Shown here: positions 8,131 through 16,249 of the stretch, in pieces | Position numbering within the stretch: position 1 is the stretch's first letter | How the letters are laid out: every line of letters starts with the position of its first letter | Source of the DNA: an uncultured Chitinophagaceae bacterium | GTDB taxonomy: Bacteria; Planctomycetota; Planctomycetia; Pirellulales; UBA1268 | Assembly (NCBI GenBank): GCA_964581215.1 | Contig: CAZONY010000003.1 | Span: 1-25,591 of the forward strand | Length of the DNA stretch: 25,591 nucleotides | Direction: 5' to 3' | Notes under the pieces: generated by a model | Databases searched by the model: none | The model's input: only the letters and a program-made list of their open reading frames with translations | Told to the model about the DNA's origin: nothing | Made by a program: the position numbers and the translations under genes

Positions 8131-9932
8131 CAGACCGCCATGCCCGCCGCCGCCTGCTCGGGGACGGCAAGATCGAGAAGGAATTCGAGAACCTCCCGAA
8201 GTCGTCGATGACGACACGTGGCCGCGGCGGCCGCGGCGGCCCTTCGCTGCTGGCCGACGACGTCGGCCGCCCGCCGGAACACGTCAGCCTTGTCAAACAG
8301 CGTGCGGGCCGTCGCGATCGCAAGCGAGATCGTCTCGGCATCCGCGTCGGTCGCCCCGGCGCTCTCGGTCACATGCCGCAGCCGCGCGGCATCACCCGCA
8401 TCGAGCCGCTCCATCGCCAAGGCCCACATCAGCGTCGGCCGGCCGCCGAGAAGGTCGCCGGCGACGCGGCGATCGTTTTCGAGATCGCCACTCCAATCCT
8501 TCAGATCGTTAAGCACCTGGAACCCGGTGCCGACGTGCAATGCGAACCGGTCGATGGCGCCGGCCTGCCGCGGCTCGACACCCGCCAGGCGAATGCCCAT
8601 CCCGATGGCCGCTTCGAAGGCCGGCGACGTCTTGAGGCCGTAGATCTCCAGCGATTCCGCCGGCGAGAGCCGCTTGTCGGCGGCATCGCGCCACCAGAGC
8701 TCCGCCCCCTGGCCGCGAGCCAGACGCACATGGGCGTCGGCGAGCATCGCCACGATGTCCCGCTGGACACCGGCATCCACCCCCGGCAGGCCGGAAACGA
8801 GGCGGTACCCGAGCCCGACGAGAAAATCCCCCATGTTGATCGCGAATGGAACGCCCCGCTCGACGTGCACGGTCGGCCGGCCATACCGCACGCGATCGTC
8901 GTCCTCGATGTCGTCATGCACGAGCGAAGCCTTGTGAAAAACCTCGATGGCGACGGCGGCCGCTTTCACGGATTCCCGCCCGGCGGGGGAGGGGGCCAGC
9001 GCGCCGCCAGCGGACGACTGCAGGTCGAGCCGGACCGCGTCGAAGGCGGCCAGCGTGATGAAGGGGCGGAGAAACTTGCCGCCCCGCGCCAGAAACTCAC
9101 CCGACAGGCTCCCCGTCGCCAGCAACGGCTCGATCCCATCGGGATGCGACGAGGAGAGCCCCGTCGTCTCGGGCATCCCGAGCCCACGCATGAGCCGGTC
9201 GATCGCGGCCGGGGAAAAGAGTTCGGCTGCTTCGCGAAGCACGGGGAGATAATCCCCGACGGGCGCGACGGCTCCCCCGGCCACCCCGAGGAGGCCGAGA
9301 ACCCATTCCACATCGATGCCCTGTGCCGACGCCGCCTCGGCGCACGAGCCAAATGCCCGACCGGCCACGGCCTCGCAGGGAACGGCTGCCACGGGCAGGG
9401 CGAACGCAGGCAGACGCGCAAAGGCTTTTTCCAGGTCAGACAGGCCCGCCAATCCCAGGATGCCGTCGTACTGCCCCGCCAGGAGATTCCCGATCGCCGG
9501 CAAGGCCCGCGACGTTGATTCCACGACCCAACCACTATCGCGAGCAGCCGACCAGATCGTGGTGATCGTGCACTGCGGGCCGCAGACGTGCGGCATGCCC
9601 GCCACCCGCTCCCCGGAGGCCTGCGGACAATCCGGCAAGAGGAGCAGCCGCCGCCCGGATGGACCGACGCTCAGTCGCTCCCGCCAAAACTCCGACACGA
9701 TCGTGACCATCGTCCAGCCGACGTGATCGGGTGACGCGGAGGCCCTCCCCACGAGGATCTCGGCCTGGCGCCGGAGACCGGCCGCGGATCGGACATCCGC
9801 GGGGAGGGATCCCGCCCGCCACGACGACACGAGATCCGAAGCCATCGCCCGCAGCCGCTCGCGCAGGGATTTCGCCGCCGGGCAGGCGAGCGACTCCTGG
9901 GTCGTGGGCGACGGGAGGCTGGCGTTGGGCAT
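8130..9932 (-). CDS. Polyprenyl diphosphate synthase with N-terminal DUF116-like domain
   Basis: FARM ASLVHDDIEDDDRVRYG, GDFL, RGQG.EL, LKTS and a variant SARM FQVLNDLKD. N-terminal RRLLLLPDC..CGPQC resembles DUF116. ATG 9932 preferred; GTG 9944 possible. Confidence 0.85.
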   Translation of the reverse strand: MPNASLPSPTTQESLACPAAKSLRERLRAMASDLVSSWRAGSLPADVRSAAGLRRQAEILVGRASASPDHVGWTMVTIVSEFWRERLSVGPSGRRLLLLPDCPQASGERVAGMPHVCGPQCTITTIWSAARDSGWVVESTSRALPAIGNLLAGQYDGILGLAGLSDLEKAFARLPAFALPVAAVPCEAVAGRAFGSCAEAASAQGIDVEWVLGLLGVAGGAVAPVGDYLPVLREAAELFSPAAIDRLMRGLGMPETTGLSSSHPDGIEPLLATGSLSGEFLARGGKFLRPFITLAAFDAVRLDLQSSAGGALAPSPAGRESVKAAAVAIEVFHKASLVHDDIEDDDRVRYGRPTVHVERGVPFAINMGDFLVGLGYRLVSGLPGVDAGVQRDIVAMLADAHVRLARGQGAELWWRDAADKRLSPAESLEIYGLKTSPAFEAAIGMGIRLAGVEPRQAGAIDRFALHVGTGFQVLNDLKDWSGDLENDRRVAGDLLGGRPTLMWALAMERLDAGDAARLRHVTESAGATDADAETISLAIATARTLFDKADVFRRAADVVGQQRRAAAAAAATCRHRRLREVLEFLLDLAVPEQAAAGMAV

Positions 9933-9996
9933 GGAAACTCTCACAGCACAGAATCAGAACCGGCACCGCGGCGCAATCCTAACGCACGGCGGGGTT

Positions 9997-11277
9997 TCAG
10001 GCTTCAGTGGCCTCGAAAAAGCGTGGCAGAAGGGAATCGACCTCGAGGAGGCCCCGCCTCGTCAGCCGGGGCTGTGGCCGCATGGATTCGAGGAAGCCTG
10101 CGGACTCCAGTGCCCGCCACTGTGGCTCCCACTCCTGGAGCGGATCCACTCCAAACTTCTCGGCGAGTCGAGCCGCATCGAGCCAGCCGCGCTTCAGGCA
10201 GAGCACCATCTCCCGGATCAGCAATTCCCGGCGCGAGGGCACGAGGCCGCGGGCGATCGGGAGCCGTCCGTCTTCGACGGCCGCGAGATAGTCGTCCCAC
10301 TGGGTGGCGTTCTGATAGTGCGCGCCGGAAAGGTGCCCGAAACTCGCCACCCCCAGGGCGACGAGGTCGCTCCCCTCCCACAGCATGTCCCGATAACGGA
10401 AGTGCACCCGGGCCGGATCGCGGACGAGCGTATACCCGCTGGAAACGACGTAGCCGCGGGCGATGAACTGCTCGAATGCGTGATCGACCCAAGCCCGCTT
10501 GGTGGGCCAGTCTGCGACCGGAATCGGTTCGTGCGACGCCCGCGCGTCATGGACGAACGTGGTGTTGAGCGGCAGTTCCAGCTGATAGATCGTGACACTG
10601 TCGGGCTCCAGGGCCAGCGTCCGCTCCACGGTACGGTGCCACGAGTCGGCCGTCTCGCCGACCATGCCGGCGATCAGGTCCACGTTCGTGTTGGCAAACT
10701 CCGCCTGCTTGATCCAGTCCCAGGCGCGGAGGATTTCCGCCGAGAGGTGCGCCCGGCCGTTGGCCTCGAGGATCCGGTCATCGAAGTTTTCGACCCCCAG
10801 CGAGATCCGGGTCATTCCCAGCGCCTTGAGCGTCCGAACCTTCGGCTCGGAAAGCGTTCCGGGCTCGCACTCGAACGTCACCTCCTCGGCATCGTCCCAC
10901 CCAAAGCTTTCGTGCAGGCCATCGACGAGCCGCTCGAGCTGTTTCACGCTCAGAAAGGACGGAGTGCCGCCGCCGAAGTAGACGTAGCGAAGGGAGCGTC
11001 CGGCCACCGCCGGGCGGGCGGCGACCAACCGGGCCTCGCGGGACAAGGCCAGCGAGTAGCGCTCCACGTCGGCCGCGGCGACGTCCGTATAGACACGGAA
11101 ATAACAGAACTTGCAGCGCTTCCGACAGAACGGAACGTGCAGGTACAGCCCCAGAGGCTCCGCGGTGGCCGATGCGTCGAAGGCCGTGAGCACCCGCGGC
11201 ACGGCAGCGGCCGACCACCGGGAGAACGGGGGGTAGTTGGCGACGAAGTAACTTCCGGGCTCGGTCGTCTGGCTCAT
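9997..11277 (-). CDS. HemN-like (class C) radical SAM enzyme of unassigned function
   Basis: LYLHVPFCRKRCKFCYF (CxxxCxxC), YFGGGTPS, RISLGVE, DLIAGMVGET and a HemN_C-like tail. Confidence 0.88.
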   Translation of the reverse strand: MSQTTEPGSYFVANYPPFSRWSAAAVPRVLTAFDASATAEPLGLYLHVPFCRKRCKFCYFRVYTDVAAADVERYSLALSREARLVAARPAVAGRSLRYVYFGGGTPSFLSVKQLERLVDGLHESFGWDDAEEVTFECEPGTLSEPKVRTLKALGMTRISLGVENFDDRILEANGRAHLSAEILRAWDWIKQAEFANTNVDLIAGMVGETADSWHRTVERTLALEPDSVTIYQLELPLNTTFVHDARASHEPIPVADWPTKRAWVDHAFEQFIARGYVVSSGYTLVRDPARVHFRYRDMLWEGSDLVALGVASFGHLSGAHYQNATQWDDYLAAVEDGRLPIARGLVPSRRELLIREMVLCLKRGWLDAARLAEKFGVDPLQEWEPQWRALESAGFLESMRPQPRLTRRGLLEVDSLLPRFFEATEA

Positions 11278-11281
11278 GCCA

Positions 11282-12304
11282 TCAGGCCCGGTTCAGCCCC
11301 CGGGCGGCGAGGAGATCGTCGAAATCCCTGACATGATAGGCCACCTTGGCACCGTCGAGCACCCGGCAAAGGCCCCGCAGTGCGATGCCCATGCCGTCGG
11401 GGCCGCTTGTGCCGCCAAACTGGCCGCCGCCGCGAACGTGGGGCTCGAGGTCGACGAACACGCCGGGAATGCCCCGTCGCTGGAGTTTCTTCGTGAGCGC
11501 GGGCAGCATCGCCCCGAGTTCGCGGAAGATCTTCAGGTGCCCCCCCGCGCCGAGGTCGGCGGGAACGAAGTTCGAAAGCTTGTCCTCGTCGACGTGCTTT
11601 CCCCGAGCGGACCGACTCGCGGCCTTGTAGTCCTTGACGTGCACCCAGCCCAGCCCCGGCTTCATCGCCTGCCACTCCGCGTAGACCTCGGCCGTGGAGA
11701 GCCCCTGCACGATGAGATTGGCCGCGTCGAACACCAGCACGAGCGCGGGGTGGTTCACGCGCCGATGGATTTCCGCGAGCAGCGTGCCGGTCTGGCCGAC
11801 GAGATTGGCCTCCACCTCGAGTCCGAAGGTGAGATCCGACCGATGGCAGGCTTCCGCGATCTGCCCGATCTGATCGACGGCCTGCTCGAGATGGTCTTCC
11901 GGGGCGGCCCCCCGGGGGTGATAGAAGGAAAAACCCCGGATCAGCTTCGTCTCGAACGCATGCGCCAGCTCGCAGGCCCGGGCGACGTCCTTGGCCAGAT
12001 AGCGTTTGAAGGGCACGTACGCGTTTTTCGTCCCGTCGGCCTTGTCGACCAGCTTGACCTTGCCGATCGGCGCGGCGATCGACGCCACGTTGAGGCCATA
12101 CCGATCTTCCAGGTGACGGATTTTTTGAATCTCCCCGAGCGTGAGCTGCATGACGTTTTTCACGCCCTTGCCGACGTCGATGTGCCGGAGGCTGTAGTAC
12201 TCCAGCCCGAGCGCCGCGAGCGCGGTGAACTGCTCCACGGCAGTCAGGTCGAAGGCGGCCTCGTCGGCGAGGGCGGAAAGCAGGATGCGTGGCGCAACAG
12301 CCAT
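11282..12304 (-). CDS. Sugar-phosphate isomerase/epimerase (xylose-isomerase-like TIM barrel)
   Basis: ALADEA, IRGFSFY and the metal-ligand set LEVE / FDAAN / HVKD / LEPH. SD GGAG upstream. Confidence 0.85.
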   Translation of the reverse strand: MAVAPRILLSALADEAAFDLTAVEQFTALAALGLEYYSLRHIDVGKGVKNVMQLTLGEIQKIRHLEDRYGLNVASIAAPIGKVKLVDKADGTKNAYVPFKRYLAKDVARACELAHAFETKLIRGFSFYHPRGAAPEDHLEQAVDQIGQIAEACHRSDLTFGLEVEANLVGQTGTLLAEIHRRVNHPALVLVFDAANLIVQGLSTAEVYAEWQAMKPGLGWVHVKDYKAASRSARGKHVDEDKLSNFVPADLGAGGHLKIFRELGAMLPALTKKLQRRGIPGVFVDLEPHVRGGGQFGGTSGPDGMGIALRGLCRVLDGAKVAYHVRDFDDLLAARGLNRA

Positions 12305-12346
12305 GGAGGGACTCCGCAGTGAAAAAACCGGGGACAGTCGGGCGAA

Positions 12347-12730
12347 TCAGCCTGCGGCCGACAGGTGCTCTCCCGACGGATGCGAGACCACGATCCGAGA
12401 CGAGATGCCGCCCCGCGGGGTGAACTGGGCCACGAGCGTCATTCGTCGCGGCTGCAGCACGGCCACCAGATCGTCGAGAATCCGGTTGGTGACGTTTTCG
12501 TAGAAGATGCCTTCGTTGCGAAACGCTTGCAGGTACAATTTCAGGCTCTTCAGCTCGACGCACGTCGCGGCTGGGATGTAGCGGAAGGTGAGCACACCGA
12601 AGTCGGGCTGACCCGTTTTGGGGCACACCGACGTGAATTCCGGGCAGACGATCTCGATCGTGTAGTCGCGGCCCGGAAACTGGTTGGCGAACGTCTCGAG
12701 CTGGTCACGGGAAGGAATGGTGCGTGTCAT
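12347..12730 (-). CDS. queF: NADPH-dependent preQ0 reductase QueF (short, unimodular type)
   Basis: [33 protein letters not shown] and FTPRGGI. True start is ATG 12730 inside the longer computed ORF. Confidence 0.95.
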   Translation of the reverse strand: MTRTIPSRDQLETFANQFPGRDYTIEIVCPEFTSVCPKTGQPDFGVLTFRYIPAATCVELKSLKLYLQAFRNEGIFYENVTNRILDDLVAVLQPRRMTLVAQFTPRGGISSRIVVSHPSGEHLSAAG

Positions 12731-12737
12731 GCGGGCC

Positions 12738-12746
12738 AGTGTGCCA
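12738..12746 (-). promoter_or_regulatory. Possible extended -10 element for a leaderless queF transcript
   Basis: Minus strand reads TGg-CACACT, then 7 nt, then the queF ATG. No SD is present. Confidence 0.3.
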
Positions 12747-13450
12747 TGAAATCGGACGGATCGAAAGCGGGAGCCGTCGTGCTGCTCTCCGGCGGGCTCG
12801 ACTCGGCCACGGCGGCCGCCTGGGCGAGCCGCCAGGGCTATCGATTGTCCGCCCTGTCGCTGGACTACGGCCAGCGTCACCGCGTGGAGCTGGACTGTGC
12901 GCGGGCCGTCGCCGCCAGCCTGGGGATCACCGATCACGTCGTGCTCTCCGTGCCCCTGGCCGCCTTCGGTGGCAGCGCCCTGGTCGATCCCGGAATCGAT
13001 GTCCCCAAGGATCGCCGCGCCGACGAGATGTCCGGTGATATTCCCGCCACCTACGTTCCGGCACGAAACACCGTGTTCCTCGCGCTCGCGCTGGCGATGG
13101 CGGAAACCCGATCCGCCGCGGCCATCGTGCTGGGCGTCAATGCCATCGATTACAGCGGCTACCCCGACTGCCGACCGGAATACCTCGATGCATTCCGCCG
13201 TCTCGCCGGCCTCGCCACCCGGGCCGGGGTGTCGGGCGACGCTCCCGAGATCCTCGCCCCCCTCGTCGCCCTCACGAAAGCGGAAATCATCCGCCTCGGC
13301 ATCGAACTCGGCATCGACTATCGCCTCACGACCAGCTGCTACGATCCCGACGAGGAGGGCAGGCCGTGCGGCCGCTGCGACTCCTGCCGGCTCCGGGCGG
13401 CGGGGTTCGCAGCCGCAGGCACGTTCGATCCGCGACTGGGCCCTGCCTGA
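12746..13450 (+). CDS. queC: 7-cyano-7-deazaguanine synthase QueC
   Basis: [34 protein letters not shown] and the Zn motif SCY...CGRCDSC. Start ATG 12746. Confidence 0.96.
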   Translation: MKSDGSKAGAVVLLSGGLDSATAAAWASRQGYRLSALSLDYGQRHRVELDCARAVAASLGITDHVVLSVPLAAFGGSALVDPGIDVPKDRRADEMSGDIPATYVPARNTVFLALALAMAETRSAAAIVLGVNAIDYSGYPDCRPEYLDAFRRLAGLATRAGVSGDAPEILAPLVALTKAEIIRLGIELGIDYRLTTSCYDPDEEGRPCGRCDSCRLRAAGFAAAGTFDPRLGPA

Positions 13451-13465
13451 CCGGGATGCGGAAGC

Positions 13466-14170
13466 ATGCGGATCGCCGAAGTCTACCGGTCGTTGCAGGG
13501 CGAGGGGCTGCTGGCAGGCACGCCCAGCACGTTCGTGCGCACCAGCGGCTGCAACCTCCGCTGCCACTGGTGCGACACGCCGTTCACGTCGTGGGAGCCG
13601 ACGGGGAACGAGCTGTCGTTACCCCGGATCATCGATGCTGTCGAAGCGCTCGGTCGGCGGCACGTGGTCCTCACGGGAGGCGAGCCGCTGCTTGTCATCG
13701 AAGCGATCGGCCTGATCGACGCGCTTCGCCGCCGCGGCCATCACGTCACGATCGAAACGGCCGGCACCGTGCTGCCCGGCGCCGGTGGATCCGCACCTTG
13801 CGTCGATCTCGTGTCCATCAGTCCGAAGCTCTCCTCCTCGGGCCCGCCGTCCGACACGCCATCGGGCTGGGCGCGGCGGCACGAGTCGGCACGCCGGCGC
13901 GACGACGTGCTTGCCGTCTTGATGGCCGGATCGCCGTGGCAGTTGAAATTCGTCATCGACTCCCCGGCTGACTTCGAGGAGGCCAGGGCGTGGCTGGCGG
14001 ATCTCGGCGTCGAGCCGGGGCAGGGGGCGGTGTTCATGATGCCGCAGGGCATTTCTGCCACGTCGCTCGCCCGCACCACGGCCTGGCTGGCGGAGGCCTG
14101 CGATCGGCACGGCTTCCGGCTGGCCGCCCGGCACCACATCGACTGGTTCGGGCACGCGCGGGCGACCTGA
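13466..14170 (+). CDS. queE: 7-carboxy-7-deazaguanine synthase QueE (radical SAM)
   Basis: [39 protein letters not shown] and ISPKL. Directly follows queC. Confidence 0.94.
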   Translation: MRIAEVYRSLQGEGLLAGTPSTFVRTSGCNLRCHWCDTPFTSWEPTGNELSLPRIIDAVEALGRRHVVLTGGEPLLVIEAIGLIDALRRRGHHVTIETAGTVLPGAGGSAPCVDLVSISPKLSSSGPPSDTPSGWARRHESARRRDDVLAVLMAGSPWQLKFVIDSPADFEEARAWLADLGVEPGQGAVFMMPQGISATSLARTTAWLAEACDRHGFRLAARHHIDWFGHARAT

Positions 14171-14178
14171 GGCCCGCC

Positions 14179-15168
14179 CTACTTGGCGGGGGCCCGCGGG
14201 CCGAAGACGAGCACCGTGGCAGCCCCCGCCGCCACGACGAGCAGGCCCGCCAGGAACCAGGGACTGACGGCCCCGGATGGCGTGTGGGCGAAGGCGATCG
14301 TGGCGAGCGTATTGATGACCGGCGCGCAGCCGAAGATCACCGGCATCACGGTGAACGGCTTGCCGCCGCACGCGAATGCGAGGATGGTTCCGAGGGCGCC
14401 GATGGCCCCCAGCGATCCGGCCCCCATGCTCCACAGGCTGCCCCGCATCTCCCAGGTGCCGGTGTCTCCGAGCGGTGCGAGGAGTGCCAACGGCACCACC
14501 ACCGCGATCAGAAAATAGGCGGCGCCGATGCAGATGAGCGGCCGCAAGCGACTGCCGCCCATGGCCGCCTGTCCGCGATGCAACACGGGACCGTAGGCGC
14601 CCCACGACAGCATCGCCAGCGCTACGGCGAGAATCACTTCCACCAAACGCTCGGCGCCGCCCACGACGGCACCGGCCGCCGCCTCTGCCGGCGCCGCGAC
14701 GGCGACCGCCGCGGGCTGTGGCTTGAACACGAGCACCGTCACGGCACCGGTGACGACGAGGATCAATCCCGCGAGAAAAGGCGCCTTGAGCTGGCTGAAG
14801 GCCCGATTCATGAACGCCGTGAGCAGCGTGTTCACGACCGGCGCACCGCCGAACACGAGCGGCATCACGTAGATCGGCTTGCCGCCGAAAAAAAGCGCGA
14901 GGATGACGCCGAGAGCCCCCAGCGCTCCCGCCGCGCCGGCCAGCAGGCTCCAGGCGACTCCGCGGAGCGTCCAGCCCCCGCGTTCACCGCGACGCAGGAG
15001 CGCCAGCGGAATTAGCACGGCGATGAGGAAATAGGCGATCCCGACACAGACGAACGGCCGCAGGGCCGATTGCATCGCCTCACGCCCGAAATGGAGGACC
15101 GGTCCGTACAGGCCCCAGCACAGCGCCGTGAGCCCGATCGCCGCGAGCATGCCGAGCGTCTGCATCAT
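14179..15168 (-). CDS. Predicted 10-TM membrane protein with internal duplication (DMT/EamA-like)
   Basis: Two homologous halves (WG.YGPVLH.G..AM..LRP..C.G.AYFLIAV..PLALL; MP..FG.APV.NTL), each with five hydrophobic stretches. Start overlaps the GT9 stop (ATGA). Confidence 0.75.
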   Translation of the reverse strand: MMQTLGMLAAIGLTALCWGLYGPVLHFGREAMQSALRPFVCVGIAYFLIAVLIPLALLRRGERGGWTLRGVAWSLLAGAAGALGALGVILALFFGGKPIYVMPLVFGGAPVVNTLLTAFMNRAFSQLKAPFLAGLILVVTGAVTVLVFKPQPAAVAVAAPAEAAAGAVVGGAERLVEVILAVALAMLSWGAYGPVLHRGQAAMGGSRLRPLICIGAAYFLIAVVVPLALLAPLGDTGTWEMRGSLWSMGAGSLGAIGALGTILAFACGGKPFTVMPVIFGCAPVINTLATIAFAHTPSGAVSPWFLAGLLVVAAGAATVLVFGPRAPAK

Positions 15169-16211
15169 CGGATCGACTCCAGAAGTTCGAGGGCCCTAGC
15201 CCCCACATCCTCCACGGAAAGCAGCCGCATGCAATCGTGGTGCTTCAACGGGCAGGTGCGCCGGCCGCAGGGAGAGCAGGGGAGGTCGAGCCGCACTTCC
15301 ACGAGGTGGGCATGCTCGGCACGGCCGAAACGCGGATCGATCGGCCCCTGAACGACGACCGTGGGCCGCTGGAACGCGGCGGCGATGTGCCGCGGCCCAC
15401 TGTCGGTCGAGACCACCAGGGCTGCCCGGCGGATGACGGCCTTGGAAAGACCGAGCGGAAGCTGCGGCTCGTCAGCGAGGCTGCGCACGGCCGGACGCTG
15501 GGCGGCCGCCGCGATGCCTCGTGCCTCGTCGCGGTCGCCCGGCCCGCAGTGCACGAGCACCCGGGCGGCAGGCATCCGATCGGCGAGCAGCCGCGCCAGC
15601 CCCGCCATGGCGGCGGTGCCCCACTGCTTCGCCGAGCCATGTTCGGCTCCGTTGTTGACGACCACGAGCGGACCATCGCGACCGGCAAAAAGCTTGGCCA
15701 GCACGGCATCCGCGGCGGCCTCGTCGGTGGGCGACGTGGCCAGTTCCAGCAGGAGCGGCTCCGGGGGCACGCCGAGACGCTCCGCCAACTGCACGGGATA
15801 CGCGGCGGAGGAAAAGGGCTCGATGCGGCCGTTCCGACGCGGCGGCTCGACGGGGTCGGTGAGCAGCCAGCGACGGTAGTGCATCGCCAAGCCGATCCGC
15901 CGACGAGCCCGCCCCACGAAGGCGAGCGTGGCCGAGGAAAGCGAATTGGGCACGACGAGGGCGACGTCGGGCCGATCCCGCCGGAGATGACCGGCGACGG
16001 CCCGGAAGCCGTGTTCGCGGATGCCACTGTGACGGTCGTAGAGAATGGTGTCGTCGAACCAGTCCGAGCCCGCCAGCACATTCCGGGCCGCGGGCCGGAG
16101 GATACCCGTGATCCGTGCCTGGTCTCCGAGGTGCCGACGCAGGCCACGCAGCATGGGAGTCGCCATGACGACGTCGCCGATCCAGCGAGGCATGATCACC
16201 GCCACGTGCAT
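15165..16211 (-). CDS. Glycosyltransferase family 9 (heptosyltransferase II-like)
   Basis: MPRWIGDVVMATP, KQW, DSGPRHIAAAF..PTVV.QGP and C-terminal CSPC..R.CP..HH.CM. Resembles WaaF but the acceptor is unproven. Confidence 0.88.
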   Translation of the reverse strand: MHVAVIMPRWIGDVVMATPMLRGLRRHLGDQARITGILRPAARNVLAGSDWFDDTILYDRHSGIREHGFRAVAGHLRRDRPDVALVVPNSLSSATLAFVGRARRRIGLAMHYRRWLLTDPVEPPRRNGRIEPFSSAAYPVQLAERLGVPPEPLLLELATSPTDEAAADAVLAKLFAGRDGPLVVVNNGAEHGSAKQWGTAAMAGLARLLADRMPAARVLVHCGPGDRDEARGIAAAAQRPAVRSLADEPQLPLGLSKAVIRRAALVVSTDSGPRHIAAAFQRPTVVVQGPIDPRFGRAEHAHLVEVRLDLPCSPCGRRTCPLKHHDCMRLLSVEDVGARALELLESIR

Positions 16212-16249
16212 GGCAAAACCCTACCAGACGGCCGAGAAAAGACCCACCG

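Noticed and set aside
9997-11277. Calling the gene hemN or hemW
   Set aside because: The diagnostic motifs of both are missing and no heme genes are nearby.
12731-12745. preQ1 riboswitch for the que genes
   Set aside because: Only 15 bp of intergenic sequence, with no P1 stem or A-rich tail visible.
12347-13567. 406-aa ORF that looks like a QueF fusion, and the reciprocal 361-aa extended QueC ORF (12365-13450)
   Set aside because: The extensions are simply the antisense strand of the partner gene. Recognisable motifs start at ATG 12730 (queF) and ATG 12746 (queC).
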